Below are positions 27,509 through 37,500 of a stretch of DNA of 60,921 nucleotides, piece by piece; position 1 is the stretch's first letter, and each line of letters opens with the position of its first letter. A program made the position numbers and the translations under genes. The stretch spans positions 1 to 60,921 of the IMG/VR virus record IMGVR_UViG_3300032303_001927. One strand, given 5' to 3'. This stretch comes from a virus (taxonomy: Duplodnaviria; Caudoviricetes). The notes under the pieces were generated by a model that saw only the letters and a list, made by a program, of their open reading frames with translations, had not been told where the DNA came from and made no database searches.

Positions 27509-28192
27509 ATGGCTACAAAAATATACGATAGTGACTATTTAAGTTTAATAGATGGTACAGAGATTTTTATAGTCCCATTAAAAATTAAATTTTTAAGAGA
27601 ATTTATGACTGCTTTTGAGTACGTAAAAAAAGCACCAAATGATGATTATGCAATCGATGCTCTTGTTGAGTGTGCGAGGATATGCATGAAGCAATATTAT
27701 CCAGAACTTTCAAAATCAAAAGACTTAATTGAGGATAATCTTACAATAAAAAATGTTTATGATCTTTTAGAAATAGCAGCAGGAATTAAAGTAAATGAAA
27801 AATCAGACGAAACAGTAAAGCAGCAAGCAACCAAAAGTGGCTCTACATGGGAAACCCTAGATCTTGCAAAGTTAGAGTCTGAAGCATTTCTTTTAGGTAT
27901 TTGGAAAGACTATGAGGAACTAGAAAGATCTATGTCTATGCCAGAAATAATGTCAACTCTTTCAATTAAAAGAGAGTTAGATTATGCAGAAAAAAAATTT
28001 CTTGCAGCGATGCAGGGTGTTGATTTAGATAAAGAGTCTGGAAAGCAAGATGAGTGGGAAGCATTAAAAGCCAGGGTATATAGCAAGGGAGCAGCAACTG
28101 ATCCTAATGATATACTAGCATTACAAGGACAAAATGCTGCAAGCAAAGGTTTTGGAATTGGGATGGGATTGACATACGAAAAAATAGACTAA
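27509..28192 (+). CDS. Tail assembly chaperone, long (gpGT-like) form
   Basis: Between the tail tube and tape measure; its N-terminal ~95 aa are paralogous to 28243..28566, plus an extra C-terminal domain. Confidence 0.75.
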   Translation: MATKIYDSDYLSLIDGTEIFIVPLKIKFLREFMTAFEYVKKAPNDDYAIDALVECARICMKQYYPELSKSKDLIEDNLTIKNVYDLLEIAAGIKVNEKSDETVKQQATKSGSTWETLDLAKLESEAFLLGIWKDYEELERSMSMPEIMSTLSIKRELDYAEKKFLAAMQGVDLDKESGKQDEWEALKARVYSKGAATDPNDILALQGQNAASKGFGIGMGLTYEKID

Positions 28193-28209
28193 CAAAACAA
28201 ACCAGTCTA

Positions 28210-28218
28210 TGATATAAT
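28210..28218 (+). promoter_or_regulatory. Extended -10 promoter (TGATATAAT)
   Basis: Intergenic, upstream of an AAGGAG RBS. Confidence 0.7.
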
Positions 28219-28242
28219 TAACTAATCACAAAAGGAGAAGCA

Positions 28243-28566
28243 ATGGCTGAAAATACAAATAGCAAGACAGTAACAATGGTAGATGGAACCACACTACAGG
28301 TTAAACCATTAAAGATTTCACTACTTCGTGAGTTCGTAAAGCGATTTGGTGATTTAGCATTAGTTGCAGATGATAACGATAAGTCAATGGATGTTCTTCT
28401 TGACTGCGTTCAAATTGCAATGAAGCAGTACAATCCAGATCTTTCTGAAAATAAAGAAGCGCTAGAAGATCTTCTAGACCTTCCAACAGTATATGAAATT
28501 ATTGAGGCTGCATCAGGAAGCGATGCTGCTACAAATAATAACATTATTGCAACAATGAGCAAGTAA
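28243..28566 (+). CDS. Tail assembly chaperone, short (gpG-like) form
   Basis: DGTTLQVKPLKISLLREFV...MKQYNPDLS...VYEIIEAASG; strong RBS; directly before the tape measure. Confidence 0.75.
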   Translation: MAENTNSKTVTMVDGTTLQVKPLKISLLREFVKRFGDLALVADDNDKSMDVLLDCVQIAMKQYNPDLSENKEALEDLLDLPTVYEIIEAASGSDAATNNNIIATMSK

Positions 28567-28589
28567 CTTGTAAAGGGGTGTTATGAAAA

Positions 28590-31500
28590 TTGTCAGACGT
28601 TAATGCTAATATAGGCATAAATTTTAATACGGCTGACGCCTTAGCACAACTTAGATCGCTGCAGGCTGGTCTTAGCAAGTTTCATCAAACACTTGCTGAA
28701 GGTAACCTTGCTGCAGTAAATGCACAAAAAGGTCTTAATGCACAATTAATCCAGGCAGTAAATGCTACTGGAAAATTTTCTGCATCACAAGTAAAAGTTG
28801 CAACAAGCACTCAAGCATTCACAACTGCTCTTGAAAAAAATCAGTTAAGTTTAGGTCAATATTTTAAATACACTGCTGCTGCAGCAACTGCAAATACAAA
28901 AACATTAACTGGCATGTTTGCACAAGAAAGAGAAATTCTTAATCGTGCACGTAGAGATAGAGTAAAGGCTTTACAAGCACAGTACATTCAATTACAAAAA
29001 GCAAATGGTGGTTTTGCAGATGCAATAAAAATAATGCCAAAAACGTTGATGATGGCAAATGGCCAGTTTACAGAACTTGGAACTAGAATTCAGTATGCTG
29101 CTCAGAGACAACAGTTTTTAAATCAGTTACTTAGACAAGGGTCTACTCAGTTATTAAATTTTGGTAAGAATACTCAATGGGCAGGACGCCAATTGATGGT
29201 TGGTTTGACACTACCTCTTGGAATGCTTGGACAATACGCAGCAACAACATTTAGAGAAATGGAAAAATCTGTAGTAAAGTTTCAACGTGTTTATGGTGAT
29301 GCATTTACAGATAGTACAGCAACAGACATCGCAGTTGAAAATATTAAACGAATTGGTATGGAATATACCAAGTTTGGTATTGCTGTCAAAGATACAATGG
29401 ATATGGCAGCAACCGCTGCAGCAGCAGGCTTTTCAGGCACAGCATTAGATGCACAGGTAAAACAAGCCAACAAACTTGCAGTTCTTGGTCAAGTTGAACA
29501 GCAACAAGCGCTTGAAACAACTATATCTTTACAAAATGCTTTTGGAATTTCTTCAGAAGACCTTGGTAAAAAAATTGATTTTCTTAACGCAGTTGAAAAT
29601 CAGACTCTTCTTTCTATTGAAGACTTAACAATTGCAATTCCTAAAGCAGCACCAGTTGTAAAACAACTTGGTGGAAATGTAGAAGATTTAGCATTCTTTA
29701 TGACTGCTATGAAAGAAGGCGGGATTAACGCATCAGAAGGTGCTAACGCACTTAAGTCTGGTCTTGCAGCGTTAATTAATCCAACTAAAAAATCATCTGA
29801 AATGCTTGCTGGAATGGGCATAAATATTAAGGGCATAGTACAAGGTAATGCTGGTGATTTAAAAGGAACAGTAGTAGGATTTGCAAGAGCGCTAGATACA
29901 TTGGATCCACTTAATCGTGCACGTGCAATTGAACAACTGTTTGGTAAATTTCAGTTTGCTCGTTTATCAACATTGTTTCAAAATGTAACAAAAGATGGAA
30001 GTCAAGCCTCTAGAGCATTACAACTGTCTGGCGCATCTATGGAAGAACTTGCAATTATTTCTGAACGAGAAATGGGAAAGATTGAAGGTGCTGTTGGAGT
30101 TAAGTTCCAGGCAGCAGTGGAGCAATTTAAACAAACAATTATGCCAATAGGAAAAGAGTTCTTACAGGCTCTTACACCAGTGGTAAAGTTTATTGGAAAT
30201 TTATTTGAAAAGTTTAATAATCTTTCAGATGGAACTAAAAAGTTTGTAACAATAATTACAACAGTAGTTGCTGGTATTGGTCCAATATTCCTTATGACAT
30301 TTGGTTTACTTGCAAATGGTCTTGCAAATCTCATTAAGTTGTTTGCAACAATTAGAGGTGGAATAGCAAAACTTAATGGTCAAAATAAAATGCTTGGTGG
30401 AGGATTTGACTATTTAACACAACAAGAAATTGAAAATGTTGCATCATCTAATGCTCTTCACGGATCGCATGAAAGACTTATTCAGGTATTCAATGTTGAA
30501 AATGTTGCTCTTCAAAAATTAGCAAACTCATATGCAAATGCTGCATCCCAGGCAAGAGCATTAGCAACATCTTCTCCAGGACTATTTGCATCACCTGGCG
30601 CTGCTGCAGCAACATCAAGACTTCCAAAATCAGGAAGACCAGTAAGAAAGTATGCTGATGGTGTTTTGCAAGTTCCTGGTCCAAAGGGTGCAGGAGACAT
30701 TCAACCAGCATTTCTTGCTCCAGGTGAAGCAGTTATTCCAGCAGATGTAACTGCAAAGAACATAGGATTCTTACATGCAATGATGGCTGGTAAAACTCCT
30801 GGATATATGGCAGGAAAAATTCCAGCAAGACCAGCATTCCATGCAAAACCAGATGAACTACAATCAGGTGCAAAATTTGTTGGCATGCCAAAATCTATTG
30901 GTCAAGTAACACAGTCAAGACAAATTGCTGATCGTATTGCAGAATCAGTTCAAAAGAGTCAATTTGGAAAAGTTCCAGCAACAGATTTTGGAACATTGTT
31001 GCAAGGAACATCTGGAAGAAGTTTCCCAATACCAAACGTTGGCGGTATATATAGAAAGCCAAATGGGGAAGTAGTATTTGTTAAACCTGCAGTAGATGCA
31101 ACAAGTGCACTTGCAGAACAACGTGCAACCATTATTGCAAGAGAAGCACACGGTCTGAATGCTCCAAAGCAAACAATAAAAACAATGATGGATCCAACAG
31201 ATACAACTGGAAAGAGAAAGTTAATTGTACTTGAATCACCATATGATCCTAAGTTAGCAGAAGCAAGTGGAAAGTTTACAAAAAAGCAGATGATTACACA
31301 ACTTGTAGCCTCGCTTCTTCGTGGAGATAAAGACTTATCTAAATCAAATGTTTTTGGCAATACGCTTGCAGATGTTGGCCCAGCAGGAGTATTTGGTAGA
31401 GCATCTGGATTTAGAGAGATTCAATCAGCAATGCCTTCAATGGAAGATCAAGCAATGATAAATCTCCTTGGTATTAAGGGGGGAGCACGGAAAGACTTTG

Positions 31501-34500
31501 CTTTATCTACTGCTGACATAGCAAAGAAAATGACTCCTCAAGAATATAATTCAGCAATTGGTGCAGAAATTGCAAAAGTTCTTCCAAAACTAAAGAAAAC
31601 AGTTGCAGGAATGAACTTGTTACCTGCAGAAGCAGCACCATATAATGCAATGATAGCAAGACTAGAGTCTGGTAAAAAAACAGATTGGTCTTCATTCCAA
31701 AAAATACATGCTGCTGCTGGCTCTCCAGTTAAAAAACTTATGGCAGGCTTTATTCCAGAATTATCAACTGTGCAAAAATCTCAATCTCAAATTGAAATGC
31801 AAAAATTCTTTGATTGGGCAGATAAGCAGGTAGAGTCTTCAAAATTAGATGGAACATTTAAAGATAGATGGAAGAAGTCAACAGGACCAGCATTTAGACA
31901 AAGTTTAATGGAAAAGATGATCTATGATCCAAACAGCAAAACATTTTGGACAAATCAAGGAGGCACAAGTGGTGTTAATCTTGAAAGAATGCAAGAACGA
32001 TTTAATTATAGATTTGGTATTTCCCCTGACGCAAAAACTGGAAAATATGTAAAGTCAAATTTATTTAATATTAATAAATTCTTAAGCAATGTCACTTCTG
32101 GTGGTCAGTCAAAACGTGGTGGAGATATTGGAGCAAACAATCCAAAAGCAAAAAGAGTTTGGGATGAAATAAAAACAGAAGCAGCAAACCCAGGCGGTAT
32201 TAAGTCTGATAAGACAATAAGAAAGTATACAGATTTCCTTGCAAATATGAAAGATGCAAATGGAAATGAGACACAGTTAGGTAAAGATCTTAAATCAACA
32301 TCTCCTGCTGTACGCAAGGCTGCAATGGAAACTGTTGACAAGATGTTTAGACTTGATGCATCTCATGCTCAAGCGGTAAGGGTTTATGAAAGTTTGGAAG
32401 ATGCACAAGCAGGAAAGTCTAGACCAGCATCAAAATCAGAAAAATATTCTATGGGTGTTATGGGGCCAGACTATAGAGTTGTTAATGAGTTTGTAAAAAC
32501 AAATGATCCACAAAATAAATCTAGATTTGAAAAGATTTTGGACTGGAACAATAAAAATGGAAATCCACTAAATCTTAATGCAACACAAACAAAAAATATT
32601 CAATCTGCTATACAGTCAATAGTAAAAGAGGAAAATCATCCATTTGATCCAAAGAATCAAAAGCATGTAAAAGCACTATCAGAACTAGAAATTAAAACAA
32701 GAGATTTAATGACATTAGATCCATCAAAAACAAAAGGTTTGTCTTTCTTAAGTAAATCATCTAGTGCGTATATAAATGCAAAACTTGTTAATAGTATTAT
32801 GTCCGAGCGAATTGCTGATTCTAACTGGTTTACAAGAATGAATGAAAATAAGATGTTTATGAATACAGGTCTTCTTGATGAAAAAGGTCGGCCAGTAAGA
32901 GGTGGCTTAGAAACTGTAAGAAAAACTGAGTACTACCGTGATCCAGCAACAGGAAAGTTTATACCATATACTGGTCAAAATACATCTCCAGTTTCAACTG
33001 GTAGAGTTATTGGCAAGGGAACAGAAACAAGAACGCCAGACTATAGTAAAACTGGTGGAGGACCTACTGCTACAAGATCACAAGCAAGAACATTTGCAAT
33101 TAGACGCGATGCTGGCGATCCAAGATTCCAAGGCTTAGGTCAAGAATCTGTATTAAGTAAAAAAGCCCAAGGTCGAGTAACAAGCGCAGTTCAAGAACAG
33201 GCAAGGCTTCTTAAATTAAGAAATAATTTAACAAAACAAGAAATTGCTCAAGCACTCTCTCAGTACAGAAAAAGAGTTGTTATGGCAGAAGTTGAAAAAG
33301 CAAATGCAATAGCACAATCACAAAGAATGCGCGACCAAGCAAAACTTGATTCTGAAAAGGTTATAAGTGCAAAATCTGCAGCAAAACAAGAAAAAGCACA
33401 ACGTCGTATGGCTCTTCAAGAAAAGGTTGGCCGATATTCTGGTGGAGCCTCTGCAGCCCTAGGCGGAGTTGCAATGGGTGCAATGATGACAGGAGCAGAC
33501 TCTAAGGTCACTGGAGGCCTATTTGCAGCCTCGGCAGTGGCTGGTATGGCTCCAATGCTGACTAACCCATATGTTGCTGCTGGAGCAGCAGTTCTTGCCC
33601 TTGCTGGGTCATTCTTCATTGCAGATAAAGCATCAAAAGCAGCAGCAGAAAAAATATCAAAACTTACAGATGCAACATCTGCAACAACAGAAAAAATGAA
33701 ATCTATTGGAGAACTTACTGGAAAAGTTGGGGCTTCAGAACTATATTCACGCAAAAGATCTACATCTTCATCAGATAGGTATACAACTGGTTTTGAAAGA
33801 GGTAAGCAACAATTTGGTTCAACATTTTTAGATAGTAGCGCAGGCAAAGATGTAATGACTGGATTTACTGAGAGCCTAAAATCTGGAACAGACACAGCAG
33901 CAAAACAAATGGCCATACAACTTTCTGGTTATATATCAGACGGAGTTATGACAGCAGAGCAAGCGCATAGCGTTGCAAGTCAGATTGGAATTAACTTAAA
34001 TAATCAAACTCTAACTTCTCAAATTAGTGGACAACTATTATCTTTAATTGGTCCAAGCGGAGAAGATTTATTAAAGAACCCTCTTGAGGTTAGAGTAAAA
34101 CTTGTACAAGAACAAAGAAATGTAACTTCAGGATTAAAAGATCAACTTCAAGGATCAATTACAGATACAAGAAATAGTTTAGATAGCAGACTATCTCAAG
34201 CATCAAAGGTTGTTTCTCCATTTTTTCCATCTGCGTTTATAGGGCAAAAGGCTCCTGGTTTTACAGCATATTCTGCAAAAGAAATGTTTGGAACAACAAA
34301 GGCTGAAGCACAGGCAGCAGCAGGTGCTGCATCAGGCGCACAAAATCTAGAATTTAATCAAGCACAAATAGATTCTTTAAATATTCAATATGACAAAGAG
34401 TTAAAGATTCTTGAAACACAAAAAGCAGCAACTATAGATGCAGCAAAAAGAAAACAAATTGATGATCAGATTGCTGCTTTAGAAACAAAACGTGTCTCTG

Positions 34501-37500
34501 GTGTTAATACTCTAAGAAAAGCAAACGGAGATATTCTTAAAGATCAAATTGCCTTGTTTAGGGTTGCACAACAAAGAAAAGCAGTTGAGGATGCATTTTT
34601 TGATTCACTAAAAAATCAGGTAAGAGAAAAATATAAGGGTACAGCACAAGAAGCATTTGTTGATCCATTGTTAAAGTCAACTGCAGATCTTAAGAGTAAA
34701 GACCTAGAAGTTAAGATTAATACCGTTGTTGCATCTGGTCAAATGCCACCAGCAACAGCAAGTACATTATTAGAAATGTTTTCTGGAGATGAAAAAGGTC
34801 TCAATAAATTTATTAATACATCTTTAAAAGTTCATGATCCAGGAAAACTTTCAGAACTTATTAACTCATTAGGTGGAGTTAAAAATAAAGTTGTAAAAAC
34901 CATAATAACAAATATTGCAAATAAAAAGCCAAAAGAAGCAGAAAGATTAATGTCAACAATTGCACTTATGCAAAAGATGGCTGGTAAAGAAATAAACATA
35001 CAGGCATTCTTTGAACAAAAAGATGCAATGGCAAAACTTGAAGAACTTCAAGGAAAACTTGAAGAGGTTGAGGGTATGCCAACACCAATTACAAAAGAAG
35101 CAATTGCTCTAATAAATACAGATGGAAATTCTGTAACTCAAGACATGGGAGCACTTCTTGCAGTTTGGGATCAATGGGGAAATCTTCCAGATGAAACAAA
35201 GAAGACTGTTATTCAAGAATACATAACATTACTTAAAACAATAACTGAAGGTGATGTTGATGCAGAAATTAAGAAGAGGATTGCAGCAGCAGGTGGGGCA
35301 AGCACTGTAGCAGACTACTATTCAACTAGTGCAGGAAGAGATGCAGCACGTTCAGGACTTGCAGCAGCAAGAACTATGCAACAAACAAAACAAGATATTG
35401 CATCTGCTAAAGCAAATGGAGGCAATGAGGGTGGCACAACAGGATCACAAAAGGCAGATCCAATAAATGATATTCTTGCAAGACTTAAGCAGGTCAGACT
35501 TGCATCATTAAATGCTGCTGGCGGAATTACAGAATTATTTAAGGCAGTCGGCGACGGTAAAAAGGTTAAGGGAGTAATTGGTGATGTATTTAATGGCATG
35601 CAGCAACAACTTCTTAAGAAGGGTTCAAACCAACAGTTTATTGATTTCCTAACTTCTATGATTGGTGATCCAGCAGAACTTGCTAAGTATATGAAGACTG
35701 CTACAAAGGCAACTAGCGGTCCAAATAAGGGCAAGGTGGTTGATCCATATAATACTAAAAATGTTCTTAAGGGTGGTAAGGTTGGGGATGTTGTTTTATC
35801 TGAATCAGGCAAGGCAGCCCAAGCAGCAATAACTAAAGCCGTAGGCGGTGACTATAATTTAGCACAACTTAAATCAATAACAAATGATGAAGAACGTGCT
35901 AAGGTTATGGAAAGAATTGCAACTCTTGCAAAAACAAATAACAAATTTGTTATTGATAATTCTACTCTTCAAAATATACTTAATGATGAATACTATGTAA
36001 CTGAAATTGCTGCTGGAAGAATTACAGACAAAGAACTTGAAACAAATACAGTTCTAGCAAAACAAGCAGAACTAAGAGCAAAAATTAATGGAATTGTTAC
36101 AGAAGGTTTGTCTGCAGGTCAAGAACTTGCAGATAAGGGTCGTATTGGTGAACTTCTAAAGTTTATGAAGGAGACTACTGATCTTCCACAACTTTCTGAG
36201 AACGCTTTGCTTGATATGATTAAGGATCCAAATCAATTATCTGCTGCTATTGCTGCAATGGATATGTATAAGAGTGGAATTGAAAAGGTACCTGCAAGTT
36301 TGCAGAAGGTTGTAGATGGACTTAATAATGTTCAAAAGAATGCAAAGATTCAAGGATATATAAATTTTGCATCTCAAACAGTTCCAGAAAAAATTTCTCA
36401 AGGTGCTGCAGCAGCACAGAATGTTCTTAGTGTTAAAGCAAGACTAAGAGAAAAAATGAATATTTCTGAATTAAGAAAATATGGCACAAAGGCAAATCCT
36501 AATATGGGAGAAAATGCATATCAGGCTGCTGTAAAAGCAACAGGTGGCACAGCAATAACTGGTGGCGGAAAGAGTTTAAGTCAAATTCAAGTTGCTCGTC
36601 AAGGTCTTGCATCTCAAATGAACCTAGTTCAAGCAAGAGCAAATCAAATACAAAGAGACATTTCTGCAAAAGAAGATGAATTGAACAAGGCAATTGAAGA
36701 TAAGAATAAATATTATAATAACTTAATTGATACTGAAAAGAATTCGATTGAATCAAATGAGTCAAAACTTAAAAAAGAGTTTACAGATTTAATTGATAAA
36801 AAACAAACAGAATCAAACAAGTTAAGTAATGATCTTGCTATCATCAATCATCAAGAAGAAGAAATAAATAAAGTCTATGATGAAAGAATTAAGGCCCTAA
36901 ATGAGACACAGCAAATAAATCAAAGACTTATCGCTCAACAACAAACACAGTTGGGTCTTGCAGATGCCCTTACACAGGGAGATATTTCAGCAGCAGCACA
37001 GGCTGCTCAAGAAATGCGATCACAAAATGCTGCAGCATATGCAGAAGACACTACAAATGCTTTAACACAGGCAAGAGATAATCAGATAAAGGGTCTTAAG
37101 GGTGCAGAGTCAGGAATGACTAAGGATCAAATTGCTGAAAGACAATATCAAATATCTCAAGAAATTTATAAGATTGAAACAGACCCTAAGAGACTTGAAC
37201 TTGTTAAAGCAATTGAGACATCACAAGAACAAATTACGCAGTATGAAAAAGATAGATCAACTGCAATTGATGCAATAAATCTTAAGTATGAAAAAGAACT
37301 TGCAGATCTTAATACAGCACTAACATCACAAACAAGTATTTTAGATAAATTAGAAAAAGAAGATGCAGAACTTGCTTCCCAAGAAGCAGAATTACTTCTT
37401 ATTCTTGATAGTCTAACAAGTATGGATGATCTTGCTGGTAAAACACTACAAGATTTTGAAGATATGGTTCTTAAGGCAGAAGCAATGGCTACTGCACTAG

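Noticed and set aside
27985-28000. A-run (GAAAAAAAATTT) as a programmed frameshift site in the tail chaperone
   Set aside because: The ORF continues in frame past it, and the downstream gene is a separate paralogue with its own promoter and RBS rather than an overlapping T frame.
28583-28603. Six-codon ORF (ATG AAA ATT GTC AGA CGT TAA) overlapping the TTG start of the tape measure
   Set aside because: The SD spacing fits the TTG better. Such a short ORF is expected by chance, so regulation cannot be supported.
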